Virus record (IMG/VR): IMGVR_UViG_3300023205_000110
DNA: 33,573 nucleotides
Direction: 5' to 3' (one strand)
DNA from: an uncultured virus (IMG/VR IMGVR_UViG_3300023205_000110)
Taxonomy: Duplodnaviria; Heunggongvirae; Uroviricota; Caudoviricetes; Crassvirales
Every line of letters starts with the position of its first letter. Positions within the stretch are counted from its first letter, which is position 1. Shown here piece after piece: positions 16,969 through 27,383 of the stretch. The position numbers were made by a program, and so were the translations under genes. Below the pieces are notes generated by a model. The model did no database searches. It was not told the origin of the DNA and saw only the letters and a program-made list of their open reading frames with translations.

Positions 16969-18428
16969 TGATTGGTAATCTTAATATTGCTAATAGTAAT
17001 AGAAAAGATACTAACATTAAGTTTACTAAAGACCAAGAAATAGCTGTGCATGAACTTATTGAGTTTCTTGCACAGCCTTGGGATGATAAGAAATATATTA
17101 ATGCTCTTTGCGGTGCTGGAGGTACAGGTAAGACATTTGTTATTAAATATGTTATTAATAATTGCAAATGGTCTGGTGGTGTTATAGGTTGTGCTGCTCC
17201 TACACATAAAGCTTGTAGAGTTCTTAGTAATTCTATTGGTGGAAAAGAAGTTAATACTATTCAATCATTATTTGGTTTTAGACTTGATGTTAATATTGAA
17301 AATTTTGACCCTGAAAATCCTGCCTTTAATCCTGTTGGAAAAGATAAACTAGATGGTCTTAAAGTTTTAATTATTGATGAAGCTTCTATGCTTAATGCTA
17401 AACTTGTTAAGTATATTAGTAATAAATGTAAGAAGCTTCAAATTAAAGTTATAATGCTTGGTGACTCTAGTCAGCTTCCACCTGTTAATGAGAAAACTAG
17501 TCAAGCTTTTCTTATTGCTAGTAATACTTATTATCTTAAAGAAGTTGTACGACAAGGAGATAATAATCCTATTAGTAAACTTCTTAAACTTCTTCGAGAA
17601 GATATAGATAATAAGAATGGATGGAAGTTTCTTGATTATATATCTAAAAATAGACAAGATTATAATGAAGAAACTAAAGGATTTTATGTTTGTGGTCAAA
17701 CTGAATTTTCTGATTTAATTGATACTTGTTTTAATGATGAAGAATATACTAAAAATATTGATTTGTATCGTATTATAGCTTATACTAATAGTCGTGTTGC
17801 ACAATGGAATAACCATGTAAGACATATGATTATTCAAGATGCTGATAAGAGCCTTATTACTCGTAATGATTTAATAATGAGTTATACTACTGTTGTTAAT
17901 GTTTTTAATGATATTATTATAAACAATAGTGAAGAATATATTGTTAAAGATATTGTTGATACAGTTGATAATGATTATGAGTTTAAAGGATTTCTTATTA
18001 AGTTTCAAGCTATTCATGGTGGTGCTATAACTCAACCTTTATTTGTTATTGACCATTATGATAACTATACATTTCAAATGTATTATAAGAAATTGACTAG
18101 TCTTATTGATGATGCTAAAAAAGCTAGTAGTTCTGAACGTGGAAGTAAATGGAAACAGTATTTTGATTTTAAACGTAAATATCTTATCGCTTCTAATATT
18201 ACGAATAGTAATGGTAGGATTTTATTTAGTAGAGATTTAGATTATGGTTTTGCAATTACTTCTCATAGAGCACAAGGTTCTACTTATAAAAATGTATTTG
18301 TAGATATTAACGATATGATTTATGATAAATATGGTCATCCTTATACTAATAGAGATGAAATGCTTCGTAGATTATATGTTGCTTGTTCTCGTGCTAGTAA
18401 TCAATTAGTATTATCTTATGGCAAGTAA
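16968..18428 (+). CDS. Dda/RecD-like SF1B DNA helicase
   Basis: GAGGTGKT, APTHKA, IIDEASM, GDSSQLPPV, VVRQ, AITSHRAQGST and LYVACSRA motifs. Confidence 0.93.
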   Translation: MIGNLNIANSNRKDTNIKFTKDQEIAVHELIEFLAQPWDDKKYINALCGAGGTGKTFVIKYVINNCKWSGGVIGCAAPTHKACRVLSNSIGGKEVNTIQSLFGFRLDVNIENFDPENPAFNPVGKDKLDGLKVLIIDEASMLNAKLVKYISNKCKKLQIKVIMLGDSSQLPPVNEKTSQAFLIASNTYYLKEVVRQGDNNPISKLLKLLREDIDNKNGWKFLDYISKNRQDYNEETKGFYVCGQTEFSDLIDTCFNDEEYTKNIDLYRIIAYTNSRVAQWNNHVRHMIIQDADKSLITRNDLIMSYTTVVNVFNDIIINNSEEYIVKDIVDTVDNDYEFKGFLIKFQAIHGGAITQPLFVIDHYDNYTFQMYYKKLTSLIDDAKKASSSERGSKWKQYFDFKRKYLIASNITNSNGRILFSRDLDYGFAITSHRAQGSTYKNVFVDINDMIYDKYGHPYTNRDEMLRRLYVACSRASNQLVLSYGK

Positions 18429-18972
18429 AACTGTTGACGAATATATTGATTGTGCTAGATGTCCAAATCGTATATTTAATACAGGTAAATATATACAAGG
18501 TGGTAGAGGAAGTATTCATGGAGATGTTGTTTTCCTATTTCCTAGGGGTGATAGAAATTATTGTGAAGGTTATCAATTATTTACTGATATTGGTAATCTT
18601 TATGATGAATATTCTGGACGTAATAATACTGAAGATGTGTATATGACTTATAGTATTAAATGTGCTTGTTCTAATAATTATAATACATATCTTACCGCTA
18701 TTGATAAATGTCGTAATATTCTATGGAAAGAATTAGCTAGAATTAATTATAAGTATCTATTTATATTTGGTGATGCTTATCGTAGTATTAGTGATAATCC
18801 AATTCCTAGATTTATGGCTACTGGTGGTAAGTATATATTTAATAATTATTCTCCTCTTATTAAATTTAAAGATAATAATCTTTATCATGTATTTAAACAA
18901 CGTTTTGCTGATGATGTTAATTGGGTTACTAAAAATAGAAATAATTATGGATTAAATTATATAAATGATTAA
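18418..18972 (+). CDS. Uracil-DNA glycosylase-like protein (family 4 fold, divergent)
   Basis: CARC, GRGSIHGDVVFL, VYMTYSIKC, C..ILWKEL and YLFIFG motifs, but no GEAPG catalytic motif. Confidence 0.65.
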   Translation: MASKTVDEYIDCARCPNRIFNTGKYIQGGRGSIHGDVVFLFPRGDRNYCEGYQLFTDIGNLYDEYSGRNNTEDVYMTYSIKCACSNNYNTYLTAIDKCRNILWKELARINYKYLFIFGDAYRSISDNPIPRFMATGGKYIFNNYSPLIKFKDNNLYHVFKQRFADDVNWVTKNRNNYGLNYIND

Positions 18973-21292
18973 TTGTATAGCTTATGATGTTGAAGTTTTA
19001 AGAAATTTCTTTTCTGTTACTTTTGTTAGTATTAATAGTTATCTTAAAGTATTTAAAGATTGTGTTAATGCTGATAATAAACCTATTCCTTTAGTTCAAA
19101 AACTATCTGTTGAAGAAATTAAGGCTCGTCTTAAAACTGTTGAAAAATATAAGTTTTATATAACAGATATAGATGATAGTCAATTACTTTTTATGATAGG
19201 TTATATTAATAAGACTAGATGTTATAAAGATTCTAATGGAAATATTATTCGTACTGACTTGTATGGATTTAATAATTTTAATTATGATAATCTTATGATT
19301 GCTGCTTTACTTAGTTTTTATATGCGTACGAATAGTACGAAAGAACTTATTAATAAGTTATATGAAACTAGTAAAACTATTATTTCTAGTCAAGATGATA
19401 AAGATAAATTTAGAACTGATTTTTATCTTAATAGTCTTAGAAAATATAAACTACCATTTACAGGTATTGATGTAATGCGTATATTTGCTCTTAATAAAGC
19501 AAGTGTAGTTGTAGATAGTAAAACAGGTGAACGTAAACCTGTTCCTAAAGGTTTAAAGCAAACTTCTATTAATCTTCAATGGTATGAACTTCTAGAATAT
19601 GAACTTCCTGATATTAATGAAGAAGAAGCTGAATTATATAATGAAATTCCTAGTCTTAAAGGAATGAATGTTAAACAGCTTAATAAACTAGTAGATAAAT
19701 GGGATAGATTTATTCTTGATGAATATATTGAACCTATGATGTATTATAATCTTAATGATGTTTTCATTGTAGCTGAAATAGTTCGTCTTTATCCAGAAGA
19801 AATTAAATCTCGTTATGCTATTAGTAAAGCATATGATGTTGATGTTCTTAATTCTAGTCGTAGTAAAACTGCTGATATTCTTTTTGAGAAATTTTATAGT
19901 AAGTTTAGTGGTCTTGCTCCCGAACAATGGAAAGGTAAGAAAACTGAAAGAACTGCTATGAGTTTTAAAAAAGTTATTTTTCCTTTTATTAAATTCAAAA
20001 CTAAACCTATGCAAGATTTTCTTGATGAATGTCTTAAAACTACTATTTATAGAGTTAATAAAGATGCGTTTAGTAAAGAAGTTAAAATTGGAAATGTAAC
20101 TTATACTGTTGCAACTGGAGGTTTACATAGTCAAGATAATCCTGTTGAACTTTGGAGTAGTGGAAGAGAATTATTTCCATCCTCTACGGGGGGTCAACAC
20201 GATGTTCTTAATGACGATGATTATGTTTATATTCATGCTGATATTAATAGTATGTATCCTAGTATTATTGCCGCTCATAAAGTAGCTCCAGCTCATCTTG
20301 ATACTAATGCTTTTTGTAATCTTATTGGTTGGCTTAAAAATAAAAGAGTTGAAGTTAAACACAGCGATGAAGATACTGTTGACGGAATTGATAGAGATAC
20401 TTTAGCTTTAGTTTTAAAGATTGTTATTAATTCTGTTTATGGTAAACTTGGATTTGAAAATGGTAATCTTTATGATAGATTAGCTGTACTTAAAACTACT
20501 ATTAATGGGCAGTTAATGATGCTAATGTTGGTTGAGGAATTAGAGTTACACAATATTCATGTGTTAAGTGCTAATACAGATGGTATTGTTATTAAACTTT
20601 ATAAACGAGATATTGATGTTTATAATCGTATTAAAGATGAGTGGGAACAAACTACTAAACTTAAGTTTGATACTGATTATTATCATTGTCTTGTTAGTAG
20701 AGATATAAATAATTATCTTAGCCAATTTAGAGTTATTAAAAATGGTGTTCATAAACTTAAGCTTGAATCTAAAGGCGCTCTTAATCCTATGATGTATTCT
20801 TTAGATTTAACTAAAGGTTATTCTATGCCTATTGTTGCTCAAGCTATTGAAAACTATTTTCTTAAGAATAAACCTGTAATGGATACTCTTCAAGAAGCTA
20901 CTAATATTCTTGACTTTTGTCTTACTCAAAATGTAGGTAGACAATTTCATGTAGAAGAAACTAAGATTGAAAATGGACAAGTTACTCATGTTGTTTGCCA
21001 AAGATATGTTCGATTTTATGTTTCTAATAGAGGTTATATTATTGAGAAAGTTCATAACGATAATGGTTCTCGTAGTAGAATGGCAGCTGGTTCTGTTGTA
21101 ACAGTTATTAATAGTCTTGATGATAAAGATATTTCTCTTAGAGATATTAATTTTAAATTTTATTATCAAGAAGCTATGAAGATTATTAATCCTATCAAAC
21201 TTAAAATTTCTCCTAAAGGTAAAGGTAAAAGTAAAATTAAAAAATATAGTGGTATGTATAATCCTATTTTTAATGAAGATGATTTTGGATGA
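18965..21292 (+). CDS. polB: Family B DNA polymerase
   Basis: Exonuclease motifs YDVE, FNNFNYD and YNLND. Polymerase motifs DINSMYPS, KIVINSVYGK and NTDG. Confidence 0.95.
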   Translation: MINCIAYDVEVLRNFFSVTFVSINSYLKVFKDCVNADNKPIPLVQKLSVEEIKARLKTVEKYKFYITDIDDSQLLFMIGYINKTRCYKDSNGNIIRTDLYGFNNFNYDNLMIAALLSFYMRTNSTKELINKLYETSKTIISSQDDKDKFRTDFYLNSLRKYKLPFTGIDVMRIFALNKASVVVDSKTGERKPVPKGLKQTSINLQWYELLEYELPDINEEEAELYNEIPSLKGMNVKQLNKLVDKWDRFILDEYIEPMMYYNLNDVFIVAEIVRLYPEEIKSRYAISKAYDVDVLNSSRSKTADILFEKFYSKFSGLAPEQWKGKKTERTAMSFKKVIFPFIKFKTKPMQDFLDECLKTTIYRVNKDAFSKEVKIGNVTYTVATGGLHSQDNPVELWSSGRELFPSSTGGQHDVLNDDDYVYIHADINSMYPSIIAAHKVAPAHLDTNAFCNLIGWLKNKRVEVKHSDEDTVDGIDRDTLALVLKIVINSVYGKLGFENGNLYDRLAVLKTTINGQLMMLMLVEELELHNIHVLSANTDGIVIKLYKRDIDVYNRIKDEWEQTTKLKFDTDYYHCLVSRDINNYLSQFRVIKNGVHKLKLESKGALNPMMYSLDLTKGYSMPIVAQAIENYFLKNKPVMDTLQEATNILDFCLTQNVGRQFHVEETKIENGQVTHVVCQRYVRFYVSNRGYIIEKVHNDNGSRSRMAAGSVVTVINSLDDKDISLRDINFKFYYQEAMKIINPIKLKISPKGKGKSKIKKYSGMYNPIFNEDDFG

Positions 21293-22674
21293 AAAATATA
21301 GTTGAAGAATCATATAGTAAACTTATTAATAAATGGGGTTCTAAAGATTATAAAGGTATTGGAACTATCCATTGTGTTCAACCTCTTGATTATTCTGAAA
21401 TTATAAGTAGAATTATTAGTCTTATGAGAAATAAGAATGATAATATTAAAATACTTATTGTTACAGATAATTGGAAAAGAAGAACAGAAATTGTTGATGG
21501 TCTTAAAAATCATAATATAAATATAGATACTATTAATATTCTTACTCATACTTATGTTAATAGTAGATATAATTATAGTTATGATATTTCTATTGTTGTT
21601 GGAGTTAATGAATGGAATCTTTCTTGTAATACAGTTTTTAATCATGCTAGATTTAAACTTATGATTATAACTAAAGATACTATTGATACTGCCAAGCTAA
21701 AAGAAATTTATACTAATATTCCACCTATTAATGATAATATAAGTTCTAGTGGTATTAATGCTATGCGGGCTTTACTCCCCGTAGAGGAACACAGAGAGCA
21801 GATTTTATTTACTAGTCAAGATGATATTACTAATTATGATAAATATACTGAATTTATTACTCAGACTATTCAAGTATTTGGTAATCTTGATAATATTAAA
21901 TGTGCTCGAAATGGTACTCAAGATGGACGTAGTGCTATTCAATATATTACAGAAATAGCTGAATATAATGGATGGAGTGCTGATATAGATATGACTAATC
22001 CTTTTAGTAAACAAATTGATGAATGTTATAATCCTCTTGTTCTTGCTGAACGAGTTAAGACTTTTTATAATATTGTTCGTGAACGTATGCTTATATGTTC
22101 TGATAATGTTTGTAAGCTAGAAAGAATAGTTGAAATTATTAAAGATAATCCTGATAAACGATTTCTTATTATTAGTAAGAGAGGTGAATATGCTGCTACT
22201 GTAACTAAATATATTAATGATAAATTAGGTGAAATTTGTGGTGATTATCATGATAAAATTGAGGATAAAGTTCTAGTTGATAGTAATGGTATTCCTGTTT
22301 TGTACAAGTCTGGAAGCAAGAAAGGGACTGCTCGTATAATCAAATCTAAGGCTATTTCCACGCTGAATTTGAAGTCTTTTAATGATGGCTTATTAAGAGT
22401 ATTATCTATAAAAAATAATTCAACTGACAGCCTAGAAACAAGCGTAGACGAATGGATTTTAACCTCACCTTTATGTGATACAATAGATGAACTTATTTAT
22501 CGTTATAATAATGTTAATTGTAGTCAATCAAAACTTAAAGTACATAAACTTTATATAGCTGGTACTATTGAGGAAGCAAGTCTTAAAAAGGAAAAGTTAT
22601 CGGCTAACCATGAAGTTATACAGAATGTTAATTCTGATATTAGTGCTCAAAATTTTGATGATATTGTTTGCTAG
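21289..22674 (+). CDS. SF2 helicase-like protein, apparently degenerate
   Basis: Size, position and C-terminal features (KLERIVEII, FLIIS, LKSFNDG, HKLYIAGTIEE) suggest SF2. No Walker A or DExH motif is visible. Confidence 0.6.
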   Translation: MKNIVEESYSKLINKWGSKDYKGIGTIHCVQPLDYSEIISRIISLMRNKNDNIKILIVTDNWKRRTEIVDGLKNHNINIDTINILTHTYVNSRYNYSYDISIVVGVNEWNLSCNTVFNHARFKLMIITKDTIDTAKLKEIYTNIPPINDNISSSGINAMRALLPVEEHREQILFTSQDDITNYDKYTEFITQTIQVFGNLDNIKCARNGTQDGRSAIQYITEIAEYNGWSADIDMTNPFSKQIDECYNPLVLAERVKTFYNIVRERMLICSDNVCKLERIVEIIKDNPDKRFLIISKRGEYAATVTKYINDKLGEICGDYHDKIEDKVLVDSNGIPVLYKSGSKKGTARIIKSKAISTLNLKSFNDGLLRVLSIKNNSTDSLETSVDEWILTSPLCDTIDELIYRYNNVNCSQSKLKVHKLYIAGTIEEASLKKEKLSANHEVIQNVNSDISAQNFDDIVC

Positions 22675-22697
22675 TATAAATATAATAGTTACATTTG
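22667..22697 (+). promoter_or_regulatory. Bacteroidota-type sigma70 promoter
   Basis: TTTG (22667-22670), 19 nt, TACATTTG (22690-22697). Confidence 0.75.
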
Positions 22698-22726
22698 TTG
22701 TGTAATCAAAATCGCTCTTTGATAGA

Positions 22727-23659
22727 ATGGACGAAGATAAAGAAGTTAAAGTTAATGATACTACTGTTGCTGTTAGTAATAGTGGTATTGAAAAACAACA
22801 TGGTGTTCAACATTCTGTTGCTCCATATCAGCTTAATTATATGAGTGAAGCTGAAATTGCAAGTCTTGAAGTATTTATCAAACGTGTTATGCGTAGTGAT
22901 AAATGTGGTATTAAGTCTGTTGAAGATGGTCTTGCTATTGCAATGAGAGCTAAAGACCTTAGACTTCCATTTTCTACTTGCATTGAACATATTCATGTAG
23001 TTCAAGGTAAAACAGGTGTTGATGTTCACATTATTAAGGCATTACTTGTCAAAGGCAGCGTGAGTTGGGAAAAAGTAGATAATTATCGCGCTCTGTACGA
23101 ATATACAGATGGCTTTAATGCTTATGATGAAGATAAACTTCCATCTGACTGTATTAAGTGTCTTACTCCAAAAGAGGCACAAACTAAAAATGCAGAAGAT
23201 AAAGACCATGAACATATATATGTTTATCCTGTTAAATATTATAAAGATTATAATGGTAATGTATATAAAGAATATCAACTTAATGGTAAGTTTGAAATAG
23301 CTACTAATACTGTTGAAGCTAAACAAATTGCTTCTACTGGTAAAGTTCCTGTTTATAGAATACCTGCTGTTCCTATTGATTATATTACTAGTTATCGTTT
23401 TTATCGTAAAATTGGAGAACGTAATATGGTTGCTACTGGTGAGTTTACTTATAAAGATGCTATTGTTGCTGGATGTTTTGAAAAAGATACTTATAAGAAA
23501 TATCCTAAAATAATGATAAGTCATAGAGCATTTGTTTATGGTGCTCGTGAAATTGCTAATGATTTAATTATGGGCTGTTTAAGCACAGAAGAATTAAAGA
23601 CTATGCAAGGTATTGATTTGAGTAATGAAGATATTATTGATATTACTGAAATTCAATAA
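22727..23659 (+). CDS. RecT/Bet-like ssDNA-annealing recombinase
   Basis: IHVVQGKTG and YKKYPKIMISHRAFVYGAR match RecT-family motifs. Confidence 0.7.
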   Translation: MDEDKEVKVNDTTVAVSNSGIEKQHGVQHSVAPYQLNYMSEAEIASLEVFIKRVMRSDKCGIKSVEDGLAIAMRAKDLRLPFSTCIEHIHVVQGKTGVDVHIIKALLVKGSVSWEKVDNYRALYEYTDGFNAYDEDKLPSDCIKCLTPKEAQTKNAEDKDHEHIYVYPVKYYKDYNGNVYKEYQLNGKFEIATNTVEAKQIASTGKVPVYRIPAVPIDYITSYRFYRKIGERNMVATGEFTYKDAIVAGCFEKDTYKKYPKIMISHRAFVYGAREIANDLIMGCLSTEELKTMQGIDLSNEDIIDITEIQ

Positions 23660-23738
23660 CATAAACAAACTAGAGAAATTATTATTAAACAAAACAGTCG
23701 TATGACTGATATTATTCACTTTTTAAATAATTATAATT

Positions 23739-24566
23739 ATGAAAGACTTTAAGAAAGGTTTGAGTTTTGGTATGGGTATTGTTAATGCTGGTCAAAGAGC
23801 AGTTAGTGAAGAACCTGAATTGGTAGTTGTTTCTACTCCCGGTAGTTTCCGTATGACTGCCCAAGTTTCTAAAGCTCTCGGCATTGCTCATGGTGAATAT
23901 GTAATGTTCATTAATAACTGTGCAAATATTGATAATGCTATTATCAATAAAGTACCCGAAGTTGTTGCTTTCTGTGAAGAACAAGGTTTGGATATTGAAT
24001 CTCCCGAAGCTGCTATGGCTGTTCATGCTGAATTTGATATTTGGGCTTTGGCTAAAGGTATTGCTGAATTAGACAAGAATGGTAATCCTTGCACTACTCG
24101 TGTTCGTATGACTAAGAATGATAAGATTAAGTATGTTAATACTTATTTCCAAGAAACTCTTGAAGGTGCTTTATCTTCTTCTAATGAAGAACTTAAAGCT
24201 GCTCTTGGTCGTGAAGGTATTACCGAAGATGAACAGAAAGAACTTTTGGTTAGCTGTATTCAAGGTGATGAAGTTGCTAAGATTAAAGGTTCTAAGTGTG
24301 CTAATACTGCTGCTTTGTCTGGTATTGGTGTAACTCTTAACTTTACTGATTCTAATGTTTGGAAACAGTTGAAAGCTGATATGACTGATGAAGAAGCTAC
24401 TTCTAAGAATCGTGTTTATACAGTAGATATTGATAACTTGCAAGAAGCTGTTGTTAATAACGGTCATAAAGATATTGTTGTTAAGATTGCAATGCTTACC
24501 GAATATAAAGATGAAGAACCTGTTCGTATCGGTAAGAAAGCTGAAAAAGAAGAAACTGCTGAATAA
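23739..24566 (+). CDS. Hypothetical replication-module protein
   Basis: 275-aa acidic ORF. Confidence 0.8.
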   Translation: MKDFKKGLSFGMGIVNAGQRAVSEEPELVVVSTPGSFRMTAQVSKALGIAHGEYVMFINNCANIDNAIINKVPEVVAFCEEQGLDIESPEAAMAVHAEFDIWALAKGIAELDKNGNPCTTRVRMTKNDKIKYVNTYFQETLEGALSSSNEELKAALGREGITEDEQKELLVSCIQGDEVAKIKGSKCANTAALSGIGVTLNFTDSNVWKQLKADMTDEEATSKNRVYTVDIDNLQEAVVNNGHKDIVVKIAMLTEYKDEEPVRIGKKAEKEETAE

Positions 24567-24603
24567 TCAAATCTTCGTCCTAGAAATATAGTATCTTGAA
24601 CAT

Positions 24604-24646
24604 AGAGCTGCATTGTTAGTATTGCTAATAGTGCAGCTCTTATTTT
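24604..24646 (+). terminator. Intrinsic terminator
   Basis: AGAGCTGCATTGTTAG...CTAATAGTGCAGCTCT followed by TATTTT. Confidence 0.7.
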
Positions 24647-24675
24647 ATCTAATAATTCTTTTAATTACTTTAATT

Positions 24676-25695
24676 ATGTCGACAGAAAAAGAAATTAAGA
24701 ATGAAGCTACTGTTGTAGCAAGTGCTGAACAAACTGCTAATGCAGAAGTACAAACTCCTAAAAAACGTAGAGGTAGAGGTATTAATAACGATTTACGTGA
24801 TGTAACTCGTAAAAAGTTTGATGAACGTACTGATTGTAATAAAGCTAATGGCTTGTTTATTGGTCATCTTGAAGATGTTAAAGTTGATTGGGCTACATTG
24901 AAAGATGATGTTCAAGGTATGCCTTCATTTGCTGGTATGAGTATTCCTTATCTTACATTTACTTTTGCTAGTAATCATGAAAATATCAATGAACGTCGTT
25001 ATGTAACTCAACGTCTTCTTCCTGCTGAAAGTAATGTTGAAACTATTCCCGGTGGTAAAGGTGCTTGGAAAGTTGATAACATTTTCCGCTTTATGAAACA
25101 TATATATAATGTATTTGTTCTTAAAGGTCGTGATTTAACAGAAGAAGAAATTGATGCTCTTACTTTGCCTTTTGAAGATTTTGATGAAAATATGCAATAT
25201 GTACCTGTTGAGGCTGAAGAAGTTATAGCTGGTTATAAGACTGTATTTGAAAATTATGTTAAGTTACTTAACAATAATGGTAAACCTGTTTATAATGATG
25301 CTAAAGGTAAACCTATTACTATTTGGATGAAGCTTCTTCGTTTCGTTAAGAATGATGGTAAATGGCGTGCTGTTGTTGGAAGTAAATCTTCATTTGGTGA
25401 TTTAGGATTTCCTACATTTATCAATGATGGAGTTATTGAACTTTATAAAGAACAATCTGCTCCTAGTTTGCATATTGACCCTTATAAAGAAAGTATTGTT
25501 TATCAGAAATCTGCCGAACAAGCTAAACAGCCAAATGTTGCTATGCCTGGTGTTGGTGTAATGCCTGGTGTTCAAACTGCTGCTCCTATAAATCCTGTTG
25601 GTGGATTTAATGGCGGTGGAGATTTTAGTCCATTTGGTGGTGGTAATGATGCTGCTGGTGCTTTTGTTAATCCAACAGAAGATTTGCCATTTTAA
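24676..25695 (+). CDS. Protein with an SSB-like Gly-rich linker and EDLPF tail
   Basis: Likely start is ATG 24676 (MSTEKEIK). C-terminus reads GGFNGGG...TEDLPF. Confidence 0.75.
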   Translation: MSTEKEIKNEATVVASAEQTANAEVQTPKKRRGRGINNDLRDVTRKKFDERTDCNKANGLFIGHLEDVKVDWATLKDDVQGMPSFAGMSIPYLTFTFASNHENINERRYVTQRLLPAESNVETIPGGKGAWKVDNIFRFMKHIYNVFVLKGRDLTEEEIDALTLPFEDFDENMQYVPVEAEEVIAGYKTVFENYVKLLNNNGKPVYNDAKGKPITIWMKLLRFVKNDGKWRAVVGSKSSFGDLGFPTFINDGVIELYKEQSAPSLHIDPYKESIVYQKSAEQAKQPNVAMPGVGVMPGVQTAAPINPVGGFNGGGDFSPFGGGNDAAGAFVNPTEDLPF

Positions 25696-25725
25696 AAAAT
25701 TAAAGTTAGTTAAATAGTTGTATGT

Positions 25726-25767
25726 AAGAGGATTGGGTACTATTTTAGTACCTAGTCCTCTTTTTTT
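25726..25767 (+). terminator. Intrinsic terminator
   Basis: AAGAGGATTGGGTACT...AGTACCTAGTCCTCTT followed by a T-run. Confidence 0.8.
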
Positions 25768-25801
25768 ATATGTTCACGATAAAGGTCAAATTAGAAATAT
25801 T

Positions 25802-27013
25802 ATGAAAAGAAATATTAGTAATACTATTTTAACTAAAGATTATATTTTCTCTAAAGTTAGTCAAATTACTATTTTTAGCACTTATACTGGAATTAGTGTT
25901 GAAGATATACAACATTGTATAGATACAGGAGAATTTATATCTAGTCCTTTTCGTGAAGATACTCATCCTAGTTTTGGTTTTAGATATGATAATAGGAATA
26001 AACTTAAAGGAAGAGATTTTGCTGGATATTGGTGGGGAGATTGTATAGATGCTGCTGCAACTGTACTCTCTGAAATTGTTCATAAGCAAATTGATATTTC
26101 TATTAAAAGTCAATTTCTATTTGTTCTTAAACATATTGCTTATACTTTTAGAAATATTATTTATGGACAAGATAAAGATGAAAACAACGATTATAATATT
26201 GCTAGGGCTATTAGTAATGTACGTAATCATAAACCTATTATTGAACTTGTTACTCGTCCGTGGAATAATTTAGATGCTAAGTATTGGGGACAATTTGGTG
26301 TTAATCTTAATTTTCTTAATACTCATTTTGTTTATCCTGTTGACCAATTTTATATTAATCGTTCAACTAATCCTATTCCTAAATATTTTTATGATAAAAA
26401 TAAAACAGATTTATGTTATGGTTACGTTCTTGGGCAAGATAAAAGAGGAATAGTTAATGTTAAACTGTATTTTCCAAATAGGAATAAGAAAACTGAAGTT
26501 AAGTTTATAACTAATAGTAATACTATTGAAGGAGTTATTAATCTTGAATTAGATAATTATGACGTTATTATTATAACTAAATCTACTAAAGATAGATTAA
26601 GTCTTGAATGTTATTTAAAGAGTATTAATCATTCCATCCTCTACGGGGGGTCTACCCTTGAATCTAAAACTATTGGTGTTGTTAATATTCCACATGAAAC
26701 TTATAAACTTCGTCAAATTGAATATGATTGGCTTCGTAGTAAACTTAATCGGAATGGTTTTCTTATTAGTCTTATGGATAATGATAGAACTGGTCTTATG
26801 GAAGCTGTGATTCTTAAGAATGATTATGATATTATACCTATTATTATTCCTAAAGAACTTGGCGTTAAAGATTTTGCCGAACTGAGAAGTAGTTATTCTA
26901 CAAATGTTATTAATGAACTAACTCAACAAGTTATTAAATATATAGAAGATAATTATGGAGAAGAAACTGAATTTACTTGGGATACGGAAGAAAGTAATAC
27001 TTTGCCATACTAA
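25802..27013 (+). CDS. DNA primase (crAss DnaG/TOPRIM type)
   Basis: N-terminal SPFREDTHPSF and RDF motifs. TOPRIM IITKSTKD and MDNDRTG, plus KDFAE. Likely start is ATG 25802. Confidence 0.88.
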   Translation: MKRNISNTILTKDYIFSKVSQITIFSTYTGISVEDIQHCIDTGEFISSPFREDTHPSFGFRYDNRNKLKGRDFAGYWWGDCIDAAATVLSEIVHKQIDISIKSQFLFVLKHIAYTFRNIIYGQDKDENNDYNIARAISNVRNHKPIIELVTRPWNNLDAKYWGQFGVNLNFLNTHFVYPVDQFYINRSTNPIPKYFYDKNKTDLCYGYVLGQDKRGIVNVKLYFPNRNKKTEVKFITNSNTIEGVINLELDNYDVIIITKSTKDRLSLECYLKSINHSILYGGSTLESKTIGVVNIPHETYKLRQIEYDWLRSKLNRNGFLISLMDNDRTGLMEAVILKNDYDIIPIIIPKELGVKDFAELRSSYSTNVINELTQQVIKYIEDNYGEETEFTWDTEESNTLPY

Positions 27014-27383
27014 AAGTCTAGCTGGTGTTACATATACGGTTATGTGTCCAATTACTGAAGAAGATGAACAAAATCTTGATAAATTTGAATATCTTGATAT
27101 AGATAATAAACGTATTGATAAAAAAGATATTTATTGTTATGGAGAAATTAATCTATCTTCTAATGATGACGTTGAATATATCAAAAAGTTTAGCTTACTT
27201 GATACTGATAATGGTGGAACTATTTATAGTAATTTTAATTATCAAGAAGGTTATGCTCTTATTGAAGGAATAGCTAAAACTTATCCTACATTTGATATTA
27301 TTGAATGGTTTAAATATAATCATTGCCTTATAGGTAAACCAACTCGTATTATTATTTATAAATGTAAGAAAGAAAATCTATGA
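26955..27383 (+). CDS. Hypothetical protein
   Basis: 142 aa, overlapping both neighbours. Confidence 0.7.
   Translation: MEKKLNLLGIRKKVILCHTKSLAGVTYTVMCPITEEDEQNLDKFEYLDIDNKRIDKKDIYCYGEINLSSNDDVEYIKKFSLLDTDNGGTIYSNFNYQEGYALIEGIAKTYPTFDIIEWFKYNHCLIGKPTRIIIYKCKKENL

Noticed and set aside
1617..21292. Introns or inteins in terminase or PolB
   Set aside because: Both frames are uninterrupted, of ordinary length, and lack intein or homing-endonuclease motifs.
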